DNA of 64,000 nucleotides from Vicugna vicugna. Lineage: Eukaryota. Position numbers and translations under genes: made by a program. The notes beneath the pieces are model-generated. The model had not been told where the DNA came from. It searched no databases and saw only the letters and a list, made by a program, of their open reading frames with translations. Below, piece after piece: positions 49,946 to 63,143 of the stretch; position 1 is the first letter of the stretch; every line of letters begins with the position of its first letter. The stretch lies in the NCBI GenBank assembly GCA_013265495.1, contig MU058065.1:9155819-9219818 (forward strand), in the 5' to 3' direction.

Positions 49946-51244
49946 GATGGATTCTAGGCCTGATGACACACTTACTCTTTCTCCTTGCTCCGTGCCCTTG
50001 GTGTCCAGGTTCTGCAGGGTTTGGGCCTTGGCTTTCTTCTCCTAGAATCACGTCCATTTATTTGTCTTCAGCTCATTCTCAACTATAACTCAGTCTCGTG
50101 TAGCAAAGTATTCACTCTCTCAGGCATAAAGGTTGTGTCACGTTAACTTTGGAGTAAAATTTTACTTGATGGTAAGTCTAAACCATTTTGTAATCTTGTC
50201 CTCCTGGTTGTTTATGTCACTGTTTAAAAAAAAATAGAGGGAACATTGAGTTAGGTCAGAGTTCACTCAAAATTTATATTTGAGTTTGCCTCATATTTTA
50301 CAAATTAATGTGCCCTCTCCACCCCTAGAGTTTGGTTTTGGATTCCTTTTTTTCCCCAAGAGCCTATCTTGGTTAAAATAAGACTGAGTGGATAGCTATC
50401 CGAGTAGAGCCTCGGGGCAGAATTATTTGGGTAGGTATGGTAATACTGCCTTTCCCCTCCAGATGTGCTTTTATTTTATTTTTCTTAATATAAAGCTATA
50501 CAGACATTAAGGTTATCCTATTTGATGCTGAGGAGAGAGCCTTTACATACATGGTGTTGGTGAGGGAGTTGGGGTCGAATTGTGAGTTTATGTTTAAACT
50601 GTGGTTGGTCGCTTTGGGGTTTCTGGTGTATATGCGTTTACATAGTGTTTCTCTCAATAGTCTATTGAAATATATAAGTATGATTTCTCTATGCAAGTTC
50701 ATATTTTTATTGAAAAGACTTGACGGTCAGATTTCTGAAAGTATACAAGTTATAGAAGATTTCCTGTTGGCTACCTAAAATAGAAGCACCCAGATTTTGC
50801 TGGGCAACCTTGAGAGGAACATTTATCCCTGTTGACAATTTTAAAAGAAGTATATGATTTTAAAGTATGAAACTCAAATTTAGTTTTTAATAGTAACTTA
50901 TGTGTTTATTCTTTCTGTCTTTAAGAGGCAGGTTATTGGAGTGACATGTGACCTGGTACTCTTGACTCTATGTCTGGCTGTGGGTTTGAAGTGTTATTTT
51001 TGTGCATTCTTACATGACTTAGGCATTTCTGACTGTACATTTGGGACAGAATAAATGTGGTAGTTGGATATAGTTTTGAAAAAGCAACCAGATTTTTAAC
51101 CTGGTAACATGATAGTACTATTCATTCTTATAATTGTCTAGGCTCATGGCTTTAGAAAACTCTACAAGCTCTTAGTGACCTCCAGATCTGCTGAATTAGT
51201 TGGTGTTCTTTTCCTCTGTAAAATGTATCAACTGATGCCCATAA

Positions 51245-52145
51245 CACTGTAGACGCCCAAAGTTAGACGGTTACCCCGTTGTGTGCTCTTGAGTTTGCAT
51301 TCCTACCGGTGCAACACATGCTTATCTGGACTCAGCTGTTTATTCCCAAACCTGTGTTTGCCAGTTGTACTTACTGCTATATTTAATATAATGATTTAAA
51401 AATACATGTGCAAAAAGAATTGTTTCTGTAAAAATTCATTTGAGTGTTTTAAAAACCACCTAATAAGGTTTCTAAGAATGATCACAGCTGAGTTAGTAGT
51501 AGCTGAGATAGTTAGAGGATTTGGGAGATCATAAAATAAAAGTATTTCCACTAATATTGTCAGTCGTTCAGGATAGATAAAGTTATAATTATGTAAAACC
51601 TAAGACTCTTAGTGACTCAGAGCATTAATGCCCACTTACTGGGATGGCCACTACAGGTCAGGTGGGCGCTCTGCTCCATGTTGCCCTGGTCCTCACTCTG
51701 GGTCACAGTCTAACTGAGCAGTGCCATCTGGAACGATGCTGATCCCTGCAGCACAGGGAGGGGCTGACGTGAAGCCTTTATGGCTGTACGACTGAAGTCA
51801 GCCAAGTGGGGATGTATACCTTCCCGCAGAGAGGAGTATCGAGCATTTGTCAGGAGTAATGCCATCTACCCAACATTGCTTCCCAGCTGTCTTTACAAAG
51901 ACATGAGACCTGGAGGTTGATGCCATGAGGATGGTTTTTAAGAGAAAGACCACAGTGGACTAATATACTTAGAAGGCTTCATCACTACAGCAAATAGATT
52001 GGCAAAGAAACATGTATTTTTATAGGGTTTATTTAAAATAACATGTTTAGGGATGTATCATTTACTTATGACTTCCACTGACTTAAAAAAAAACCAACCA
52101 GCTAAACTGTCAAGTCTTTATGCATTTGGATGAGAGAGCCTCTAC
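51245..52145. mobile_element. Tigger-like DNA transposon relic apparently split by an MLT1 LTR (about 51560-51875)
   Basis: AT-rich Tigger-like body ending GAGAGAGCCTCTACT. The MLT-like insert contains GCCATCTGGAACGATGCTG. Family assignment tentative. Confidence 0.4.
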
Positions 52146-53617
52146 TTTAGTCTTAAATCCTCCTCTCCGTGTTGCATCCTCCATCAAATTAGTTTCCTAC
52201 CTATCATGATAGATTCATCTGTTATTTCTCTTACACTTACCCTCTTGTTTCATTTCTGTTAGTTCTACCCTAGTTCTTATTCCTGAATGTCTAGATTTGT
52301 GCTCCAACTGGATTCCCTGCTCTTAGCTTGTATGGTGCATTTATGCAAATAGAAAAAGGTGCCCTTTAGGGCAAACACAATTCCACAGGAGCTTGACTTG
52401 ATGTCAGTCCCCATTTTCCTCCTTGGTTGGCTCACTTATACAGTGCACAAACCGCACAACTGCACGGAGCGATCCTACTCCCTGCTTCTAGTCACTTACA
52501 CAACATTTCAGACTGTTCCCTGATGAAACCTCCTTAAAATGTTTTGTTGTCTCTATCCCTGCTCACAAAATTGTGATGACCCCCTATCATCTATAATAAC
52601 TGTCCTCAGTTTTTTCCCCATCAAACTGTCACCAGTGACTGTTGATCACACTTGCTGCCCTCTGGATGCACCAACATTCGTCATGACTGCTGCACAGACC
52701 CAGGAGGGAAGCTGTGGGACGCTTCCCTCTCCTCTCTCACGACCCCTTTGCTCACCCTGTCTTGGCCTCAGCTGACCTTTCCCCTCAGCTTCATGGCCCA
52801 ACAGGGCTCTACACCAGCTGTCTTCTGTTGTGCATTCTGTCTAGACACTATCTTCTGAACATGTTTGTACTTCAGCTTTAAAGTTCCTTTCTGCTTATCC
52901 ACATCCTACTCATCCTCAAAAAGAACCCTCCAGATCATGTTTCACCTCTTCAGCCGTCCATCTGTGATCCTCTTGGGCCATGACAGTGGCTCACCTCTGA
53001 CCCTAAATGGTAGTTTCTGTATTCTTTTTGCGATGAATTTTCTGCCCTATGTGTACATTTTGCCTTACTAGTTATACTGCTCTTAAGAATTTTTTTCCAC
53101 CAACTAGAAGGCTCATGACAGGGAAGCCATGAGAGACATGTCTCTAATTCCTTCTCCCAGTGCCTGTGCATCCGAGATGTGCAGGTCAGAGTGGTAGGCT
53201 GTAAATGGAGGAGACTCCAGCCTGGTTAATCATATAATTCCGTTCTGGATGGAGGCTGGGGCCACTTCCTGGCCACAGGATACTGACCTACTTTTCTCTT
53301 CTTATCTGTTTGCAAAATATTTGTTGAACTTAGTGTGTTCTCCCTGTCACAACGAATGTTTGTCTCTCCTTTTCATTATGAACTGAATGCTAAAGTGCTA
53401 GTTAAATCAGTGGAAACGACAATGGAGAAGAAAAGTTGGTAAGCAGTTTTAATTTCTAAACTCGGGGGCCTTATGGCTATGTCATCTAAAAACAGTTTTT
53501 ATATCTATCTCCCTAACCTACCTACTGGGAGATGTGATGAAGGGTAGATTGTAAATTTTAAGTTTTTATGCCTTTTGATTTGATGATTTAGAATATTATA
53601 ATGTGGCATTTGAAAAC

Positions 53618-53751
53618 TTTTTTTTTTTTTGAGGGGAGAGGTAGTTAGGTTTATTTATTTATTTAATTTATTTTTAATGGAGCTATTGGGGATTGAACCT
53701 AGGACCCTGTGGACGCTAAGCACGAGCTCTACCACTGAGCTGTATGCCCCC
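53618..53751 (-). mobile_element. tRNA-derived SINE, Vic-1-like
   Basis: Head and tail as in the other copies. TSD core TTGAAAAC (53610-53617 and 53757-53764). Confidence 0.9.
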
Positions 53752-56700
53752 TTGCCTTGAAAACCTTTTTTTGATAAATTACTTATAGAAGGAAATACAT
53801 TTTTCTTAATCAGCCATTACAATTACAGTGTAGTTCACTATTAAATTTTATTTCTTAACCAGAACTTCCCTTGGGAAAATTTGTTATATGGCTCTATACA
53901 TGGTCAAACTGTTGAACGGCTGATTTTTGTATAGCTTTACAGGTTAAGTGCAGGCTGCATTCAAGGGAAAGAAATGTGTATGTATGTGTGTTTGGGGGGA
54001 GCATTTGTATGTATGTATTCTTACGCAAATATAGGAAGTACTTGCTGTATCCTACAGAACTTCTGGAGAGTAACAAATATTATTAAAATGTAGTTAACAT
54101 TAATCAATTGAAATTTAGTAAACACATTTCAATACGTATTTTAATTTGTGACTGAAAAGGATTATTTAGTTATGGCATGCCTCATAGGTTGATTTGCTGT
54201 GTTGCATATGTCTTAGTTCTTCATAAATACTTTAGAATGTGTTTGGAGATATGGAAAAATGATGGTGTGTTTGATTTTAAATTCAGTAATGCTTCCAACA
54301 TTGAAAAACTAGAAAAAAATTAACCCAGAAAGTGCTTCCAAATTCTAATCTGATTGCTGATTTTAATCAGCTTAAGTGAAGTAACCCACTGTGATTTAGC
54401 TATCTTTAAAAATTCTTTTTAAGTGACTAAGTTGTTTCACCTTCTCAGTTTACATTATCAGTGTCTTTTGAGGAGCATCTTAGCTATTTTTGTGTGATCA
54501 GTTCTCAACTGATAAACATTCATGAAGTCCTAATGTAAATGTATAAACATCTCTCTCTTTGATTACATAGTGTATTGGACTTTATTTTCATGGATAACTG
54601 CTTGGGGAAGCTTCTGAATATTTATTATCCCAAAAATAATTTTTCTTAACCCCAAGTACAGAGGCATTACTGAAGATACACAGTTGAGTTCCGCATGCTT
54701 TTCTTTTACTGTATTGGCTTCTTAATTTGTAGTTTTAGATTTGTTTCCATAACTAGGTGAATTTGTTAAAACAGCCAGTGCCATTTTGCAGCTAACCATG
54801 TAGTTGTAAACACAGAGGGAACACCTCCCCTGTGCCTCGGTGCCTTTTCTAATGCTGGTCCTGTTGATTCTGTGCGTTTACTTCTGCACGGTGTATGGAT
54901 AGACCCTTAATACACTTTTTTGTGTGTGTGTGTGAGGTCAGAATAAAGAGCTGATTTCTTTCACCTCTGAGTAAATGCCATCGAGGAAGATGCTTGTGGA
55001 CTGGCATTTTTGGTTTTAACATTCTTTGTAACCAGACCCAAATGCTCACCCCAAAATGAAGGAGTCAGTCTTTCCAGAGTTGAGCTTTTTTTTTGTTGTT
55101 GTTGAGTCAGTAATGATGGCAGCTGGGACAGGATCTTAGGAGATGACGTATTTGACCCCTTGGTGAGGAAACTGAGGCTCAGAGTTGGCGGTGTGCCCAG
55201 AGCTGAGCCTGCAACTTGGAACTTGTGGCTTTTCTTCGGGAACCACTGTGGTGGTCATTTCCACCCTCTGTGTTCTGTTGCAGAATGCAATAGCTGACGT
55301 TTCCCAGAGGGATAACTTGCATCATTACCCCAAAGAGTGCACTGCATTCAGTACATTTCCTCCGCTGTCACTGAAAAGAGCCTGAGTGATGAGTAGATGC
55401 CTTTATTAAAGAAAGGAGTTCTACTCTGGTGTACCTCAGGGTAGTTTATGTGAGTGTCTTTGTTCAGTCAGACGTCTTTAAAAACCCATTTATAGGGACC
55501 CTGCCAAACTGATGGGTACAACAAACCCAGTGTTTGTGGCTTGCAGGTGCAAAGCATCGTTCTTTGAACTATAAGGGAGCACTTTGGTCTGATCAAGTAT
55601 AAAGAGAACAGGCAGAATCTGAGTGGTGTAAGCAGGGCATGGAGGCAAGGACAGAAGGGCTTGGGTGAGGGTGTTAGCATGTGGGATGAGACTGGGACCC
55701 TCTGATTAACAAGCCAATTCATTTGGAAGGAAAGTTGGTTTTCCCTGGTGGCTGTATTCAATTTAATAACCACCGGTCATGTTCGGTGTCTGTGCCTCGG
55801 CCAGGAGCCAGTCAGAGCTGACAGGTGTGCCAGTTATATTTGAGCTGTTTTACATTCACCTAGGGGTCTCGGGGTCTCAGGTTTGCCAATCTAAACACAT
55901 TGGACTTCTTGGAATTTTAAAAAATCCGCCTTGAGGGAACACATTGAGAAGCCTATGAGTTATAATTAGCATGTCCCAGTGCAGCTGAGTTTGTGTTTCT
56001 GGCTATAATAGTGGTTTATAGTTTTTGGCCACCTTGTCTTGCAGGAACTCATAGGCCTTTTCAGACGTTAGCTCATTAATGCTCATAACATCCAGTGTGA
56101 GTAGGATAGCATGACCACGGGTTCCCCTAAAGCCAGGATGCTCGCCCTCCATTCTAGACCTTCTAGGATTTTGGGTGGTGGGGGTGGGGTGGGGGGAGGT
56201 GTGCCACGCTGTGAGGTGAGAGAGAGGACTGACTTTCAGACCCAGTCCTGGGGGTGGGTGGCATTCTCTGAGGTTGCCTTGCCCTTTGGCAGTCGTTCCT
56301 GCCATGACTCTGCAGAGTTTCCTCCGGGAAGTGACGGTGGGGACAGTGGTGTTGGCTGCATTCCTCCTCAGGGTACTGAACTCCATGGAATGTCTATTGC
56401 AAATGAGGCAACTCTCGAGGTTATCTGCATGGACGCATCTGCCAGAAGACAGCACCAGAGGAGTGGCGGGAGGTCTTCAGGATCCCAACAATGGGCATTG
56501 GGGAGGGAGGGGACTGGCATCTGGTGAGAGTCAGGGGCTTTGCTTTCTCAAAAGAGAAAGTGGGGTGGATGTTGTCATCCTTGAATTTTTAGATCAGAAA
56601 TTTGAATTCTAGAGATAGATTCCCTTGGATTCAAACTTGTATGCGTGATCCAAAGTCTGTGCTGTTCCATATTGGGGTGGATCAAAAGGAAATTCTCAGT

Positions 56701-58552
56701 TTTGGTAAATTCTTGCTACAAAACTTCTGTAGAAAGTTACACTTTCCCAGGTAAAGCTTCTTTTTAAACAGCTGTGGGGTATTGTGAAGTTTGATGACTT
56801 AGACATTAGATCGGAGGGTGTGTGTAATGTAATAAAAGTGTGAAAGACTACTCTCAGATTAGTTAGGAAAGCTTCCTCCTCACCCTGGCTCTTCCAGAAA
56901 CCAGATGTACAGCAACACCTGGGTCCATTTCTCTCTCTGTTGAAAAAAGGTTTTACTTGGGATCCTAAGAAATTTTGCTCATACATCAGAAGAGATAGTT
57001 TGTAGCTTGTAATCTAAAACCTTCAATGTTGTCATAGCAGCCAGTTATTTTTGACTCAAAAATCTTTCTAATTAGTCTAGATAATATATTTGTCATTTCC
57101 CCAGTTAGAAAAAAAATCTTTTTTTTTAAAAAACCTGTTACTTTATAAATTATTAAGTTTTATCTGGATGCTATCTTTCAACTCCTTAACAACCAGACTG
57201 TGCGCCGTGTTGAGGGTAGCCCAGCTCCTGGCTCCTGGCTTTGGTTGATAAGGCCAGCCTTTCTATACCCAGACAGAAACAAACCTTGACATTGACCAAG
57301 TGGTTCCTGGCTAACTCTGCCTATGCAGAGGTGCCCCTGGGGTGTGAACTGAGGATGTTGCCTTAATTGCCTTTCCCGTTCACAGAGCTTTTAAAGTTTG
57401 GAGTCTGGCTTTGTGGCTTATGGGCTTGCGTATGCTTTTAGCTGTTTGTTTTCACTCCCAGTTCAGATCCATTCCACTGTATCATTGCCTGATAATTTAA
57501 TGTCCTTTGTATTATCCAGACTTTGAACTTGAGACAACAGTTACGATGTGGAAACTTCTCAGTGGTTGGGCTTATTTCTTCCGTAAATCCCAGATTCTAA
57601 CAAAAGCCATCCTACTAGCAGTCTATTAAATATTCTTAATAAAAAGCTTTAGAGAAAGGTGGGTAAAACCTCATTGTGTTGTGACTTTAACAGTGGCATG
57701 TGGGATTGGAAAATCAGATAACTATGTGAAGTAAATGCCATGAATCAACATGTTACATAAGCCTCTCTAAGGAAGTGTGTTGACAGGACTGAAGATCAGC
57801 AGCATCTGAGCCATTTTCACAAATGCATGTCGCAGCCCACTTTCTCATACTCTCTGGGGAACCCTGCACAGCACCCCCCACCATGTGATTTTGTGTGGCC
57901 CGCTAACCCCTTCTTCTTTGACAGTTACGCTGCTTGAGCAAATTGTGCTTAAGAAGAGTGCAGTTTCGGTCTTTGGCCCTTTAGCTTCAGAAATACTGAG
58001 GAAGCGTCTTGCCATTTGGTTTCTCTAACCCAAGTTTTTCATGGTCTTTCATGTTCTTGGTGTATCACAAGAGGCTCTCTGATCATGCTTTCCCAGTTGT
58101 GGCCCTGACAGGATGAACAGAGATGATGGAAGCAGCCTTGGAAGGAAGAATGGGCGGTGTCACTCCAAAGAGCATCCACTCGCCTGCTCCACTCGCCAGC
58201 GCTCTGTGCACCACCTTCTCTGCCAGGCAGTGGGGCCTTGGCACGTGGGGCACTCAGGCCTGGGGTAGCGGGTGGGGAGGAGACCCGCGGCTGTGCTGGA
58301 GGAGTCCGGGCTTGCCCAGGGCATGCTGCCTGTGAGGAAGGGCTGCTCACACTGGTTAAAGGCAGGGGGATTCATTTCAGACCAGCAGCTCAGCTGCACC
58401 TCTGGAGCAAGAGCCCCAGCTAGAACCATTGTCAGGTTCGAAAGCAGCTTTTCCATCTGTCCCCTGTGGTTGCGAGGACTTGGTCAGGGAGAGATGAGGC
58501 CCAGGAAGAAGGCTGGAGTCAGGTTGTGGAGTCATGTGATCTCTGATAAGGA

Positions 58553-59060
58553 TTTTTTTTTTTTACTGTGGTAAAACATACATAACATTTACCATTTTAA
58601 CCTTTTTAAGTGTACAGTTCAGGGGCATTAAGTACATTTGCATTATTGTGCAACCGTCACCACCAGCGGTCTCTTTCATATTCCCAAAGTGAAACTTTGT
58701 ACCTGTTAAGCAACAGCTTTCTTTTGTTCCCTCCTCCCTCAGCCCCTGGTAACCACCATTCCACTGTCTTTATGAATTTGACTGCTCCAGTACCTCATGT
58801 AAGTGGGAGTGTACAATAATTGTCCTTTTGTGACTGGCTTATTTCCGTTAGCATAATGTCCTCAGGTTTCATCTGTGTTGTAGCACGGGTCAGATCTTTT
58901 TTTCTTAAGGTTGAATAATATTCCATCGTATGTATAGGTCACATCTTGTTTGGTGAGCGATGCTGCTTTGAGCATGGGCTTTTGAGTCCTTCCTTTCGTG
59001 CCCTGAAGTAGAATTGCTGGGTCATGTGGTGATTCTCTGTCTCATTTTTTTGAGCATCTG
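58553..59060 (-). mobile_element. L1M (L1MA/MB-like) 3' end
   Basis: TTTAAGTGTACAGTTCAGGGGCATTAAGTACATTTGCATTATTGTGCAACC...TGTGACTGGCTTATTTC. Confidence 0.85.
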
Positions 59061-59084
59061 TTAAGGAATTTGATTATTAGCTCA

Positions 59085-60150
59085 AAGACACTGGAGAGTT
59101 ACTGAAGGATTTAAAGCAGGGCCTACCTGATCAGATTGGGATTTAGAAAGGCAACTTGGGTAGTTGGGGTAGGAGAGGACTGGCAGAGGCTGTGGTGGCA
59201 AGACAAGGTGGAGAGACCCCCTGAGAAGGCTTTTACCTTCAAGGTGAGAAATGATGAAGGCTGAGCTGGGACAGTCACAGTGGGGAAGGGAGGGGTGGGG
59301 TGGAAGTGGGTGTGATTAAGGCGATATTATCAAGGAGATAGGTTGGCCATGGTGGGAGGAAGAGACAGGGAGAGGGAAGCCAAGGATGAGAAACTGGATC
59401 AGTTGTGACTGTGGAATTTAGGGGGAATAAGTGGGTTTTGTTTTGTTTTCTTATAGTTTGATGTGTGATGGTAGAAGAGATAAATTTTGGGCATGTATTT
59501 GAGATAGGAGGGAAGGGGGCAGGGCACAGCCATTGAAGGAATGACACAGCAATTGAGGACAAACTGGTTAGAACCAAGATGGCAGAAGATTTGGCTTCCT
59601 TGCAGTAGACCTTGAACCTCATTATACGCTCATTGTGATATATTAGCATGCTAAATGGCACTCCCACAGGTGCCATGACAGCTCTGAGGATGTCCTGATC
59701 CATAAAAGGTCAAAAAGTGGGCAGTGGTCCCATTCCTGGGAATTCCGTCCCTTTCTCCAACACAATTTGAATAATTGTTGAACTTGTTAGCATATGAAAT
59801 TACCCAGCCCCTAAAAACTAACCACCCCCATGCCTCGTGACCACTCTTACTTCTGAGTAAGACTCTTGTCTATGGAGTGTGTATCTCCTAGGGTCTCTCT
59901 TGCCTTCTGAGATGACCACGCACTCTGTAGAGTGTGTATCTTCCTGACTAAACCTACTTTTCACTTTACTATGCCTCGCTCTTGAATTCTTTCCTGCGTG
60001 AGACAAGAACCTGTATTCTCTGGCAACATATTAAGATGCTAGACACAACCAAGTGCTCGAGCTGATTGGTGGGCAGGCTGTTGGTAACAGGGGCTGCTAA
60101 TCTGAGAGAGGGGACAAGGTCAAGAATAAAGGGGCAGATGGCCATGCAGT
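59085..60150 (-). mobile_element. L2 fragment interrupted by an LTR
   Basis: GAGTTACTGAAGGATTTAAAGCAGGG...TTTTGGGCATGTATT, resuming AAGATGCTAGACACAACCAAGTG after 60032. Confidence 0.6.
59500..60028 (+). mobile_element. Solo ERV1-type LTR, MER41-like (529 bp)
   Basis: TGAGATAGG...TGGCAACA with a perfect 4-bp TSD TATT. Core TATTAGCATGCTAAATGGCACTCCCACAGGTGCCATGACAG; homologous to 2079-2595. Confidence 0.88.
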
Positions 60151-60248
60151 TTGACTGAGTTTAAAAGTGTTGGAGATATTATTTGTGTAGCTCTGGTTTC
60201 ACAGCTCCTATGGAACTATTTCACATTCCTACCCTGGGCAGATATACA

Positions 60249-60300
60249 TGTGTGTGTGTGTGTATGTATGCATGTGTGTGTGTGTGTGTGTGTATATATA
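60249..60300. repeat. Interrupted (TG)n/(TA)n microsatellite
   Basis: Read directly from the sequence. Confidence 0.95.
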
Positions 60301-63112
60301 ATTTTAAAACCAGAAATGATGGCCAATTTGTTATAAAAATTAGATTTTGTAAGACTTCTCATGAATCCAAAAGGATCTAGGCTAAATCATGAGGGTGTTG
60401 GATTTGGCTCATATTCTTTTGTTCATCTGCATTTTTCTGATTTTTTTTTTTTTTTGCCTGTAGTGAACATGTATTGCTTTTAATCACTTAAAGGGTTATT
60501 TGAAATTTAAAAAGTGGCCTACTTTCTTGTCTTGACTCTCTCACTGGACTGTGAGCTCCTTGGGGGGTGTTTTGGGAAGGATCATGGTCATTCCCAGTGT
60601 GTCCCTAGCACTTCACAGGATGCCAGGGACCAGCAGGACTCAATAATGTGAACAGTGGTTGAAAGAAATTGAATGGAAATTTAATCAAACTTCTCTGGTG
60701 AGATTTCGTGCTATTCGAAAGATCTCAGAAGGAAATTCCGTTTTTTCTCAGTCACTTAGCTCATTATGTTAGGTACTGGACCACATCCTATAGACTTGGC
60801 TTCTCTTGCTTTTGTTTTGCCATCAGGATTTGCTGAGGTTTATTTTGTTCATGAAATCTTGCCATGTTGGCCTTGCTTTCTTACTTAAATGTGTTTCTCA
60901 TGTTATTCTTAAAAGCTTTAGTGATCTCTTTGGGAGCCAAATGGCTCAATTCTGTTTCCTGTCCTTTGTTGATAGTACTGTGTTTTTAGAGGAATGGATC
61001 AAAGTGACTTGAAGCTGCAGTCATTATTTTACCTTCTGGTCGGCTGTGATGGAACCAACCAACCAAGGATGGCAGCTGTGAGAATGTGCGTTATTGTTGA
61101 GTGACTCACAGTTGTCAACCATAAATTTGCATCGCTGTTTTCCCTTTGTGTTTCTCTGAATGCCTACCATGTGCCAGAGGCTGTGCACTGTGCCTTTGGG
61201 GAAATAAAGATGAATAAGGGCGCCTCTTGACACCAAGGAGCTGATTCTCCAGAAAAGGGGCTATGAGGCATACATGACCACCATACAGAGAGGTTAGCGA
61301 GGGGAACGCAAGTCGGATAAGAACAATTGTTATGCACTAAAAAGACTCCCTGAAAGTGCTACCTCTCGTGTGTATTGCTAATGACATCACAAAAGATGTG
61401 TTTCAAGCATCCTCATTTACAATTACCAAAGCAGTAGATAATCTGCTTTTATTAAGTTTTCCTGCAAGTGGTTTTGCTTTAAAAGCGCCTTCAAATGTAA
61501 AATATGTGTTAATGACAGTATTAATCCTTGTTAACCACTGTAGCCTCAGCTCTGATTGGTGGCTGTCGTTTCAATTTTTACAGTAAAACCTTTTCAACTT
61601 AAAAATACACATTTGTTTTCATCTGGGGTACTCTGAGACCTTTGAATAACATGGGAGACCACCAGATGCTATATTTCAGCTTATCCTGCATCTCTTCTTG
61701 GTTATTGTTAAACTAACGATTACTTTGAAATAGCTTTTCTTCATTGCCATTTTGGTATCGGGAGGTAGAATGGCCACGCACCTCATAAGGATGTGCCGTC
61801 TGGTTTGGCCATGTCTGTGGGGCTGTTGGCATGGGGAGTGCTGGTCTTGACGTTCCCGAGCACGGATGACTTGAACCGGTTGGTGGCTTGTAATTTAAGG
61901 TCGGTGACTGGGTAGACTACTTATATTTAAATGTCAGGTTAAGGTGACACTTTAAGATGCTATAGGATGTTTATGTTTCATTCTCTTAGATTTTGAGGAA
62001 TTTTTGAAATGATGCTTTCAATATTTAAAGTCGTATTTTTATACCACGAAAGGTGCCAGTAAATGAATTGGCATACTTTGAAATACAGGTAGTAATTTGG
62101 GAAGCTTTTGAGATGCCAGTAGGAGGGGGAAGAATGGTTGTGATCATGTTTTGTTTTTCTTCGATAGACAAACAGATGGAAAGAGCTTGGGCAGCCATCG
62201 AGTCCCCTGGCATCAGTTGGTGGGCTAGTGGCTGGGCTAAATCACCCCTTAGATACAGAGGCCCTGCTTCCAGGCTCCTCTGTGGGTCCTCCGAGGGCTC
62301 CCCCACTGACTGTATCTTGTAGGTTGCTTTCACCAAGTTTGGGAGAAAAAAGTTTAGGTTTCACATAATATTGAAGATCTCAGAGTGGGTTAATGCTATA
62401 TGTTGCCCATAGTACTTCGTGTCGTTGTCAGTTAGGGATCTGGTTGCTTGCAATGCAGGAGGGACGTAGAGACTCAGAATTAGAGGTTGGAGGACCAGGA
62501 AAGATACAGGCTTGGAAGATAGGCAGGAACCTAGGTAAGACAGGAGGGCTGGGCAGCAGGATCCGTAGCAGAAGCCGGAACCACCTGGCTTTCATGCTGC
62601 TGCCGCCGCTGCAGTGGGTAATGAGCTAACCTCCAGTCATCACCCCCAGCTGTCCTGGGACTCCACATCCCAGGAGAATGTGATTGGCTGTGCATAAGCC
62701 ATGTTTCTTGGGGTGGAGAGAGCAGATCTGTCTCCTTCAGATTCTAAAATGGGAGTTGGGCTTGACTTTTAGATTCCTTGTCCTCACAAGGTAACTGGGA
62801 CTCCCTCAGAGGGAGGTTAGGTACAAATAGGAATAGGATAGTATATTGGACAGTGTCCCCCTTAAAAAAAAAAAACAGACAGATGTCTACTACGGCTCTC
62901 CCATCGGCTGTGCAACATTCACATACACCTTCTTACCATACTTGTGCTTACGAAAATAAAGTGCTCCGGCCAATGTGCTGCAATTCTTCCCTTATGGCTG
63001 AAAATATAGCCACCCCTCTCTAGAGGTTCTTGAGAAGATCTTTGTCCGTTGTCTTCCATCGCCACGTCTAAGTGGAGCCTAGGGGACGATGGCTTTGTCA
63101 TGCTTTAGCACG

Positions 63113-63114
<2 letters not shown>

Positions 63115-63142
<28 letters not shown>
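63115..63142. repeat. Poly(T) tract, about 28 nt
   Basis: Read directly from the sequence. Confidence 0.9.

Positions 63143-63143
<1 letters not shown>

Noticed and set aside
60796..60840. Acceptor-like pyrimidine tract ending CATCAG|G at 60826
   Set aside because: No convincing paired donor; such tracts are common in T-rich introns.
55103..61108. Isolated AP-1 heptamers (55103, 61102)
   Set aside because: A 7-bp motif is expected several times by chance in 64 kb.
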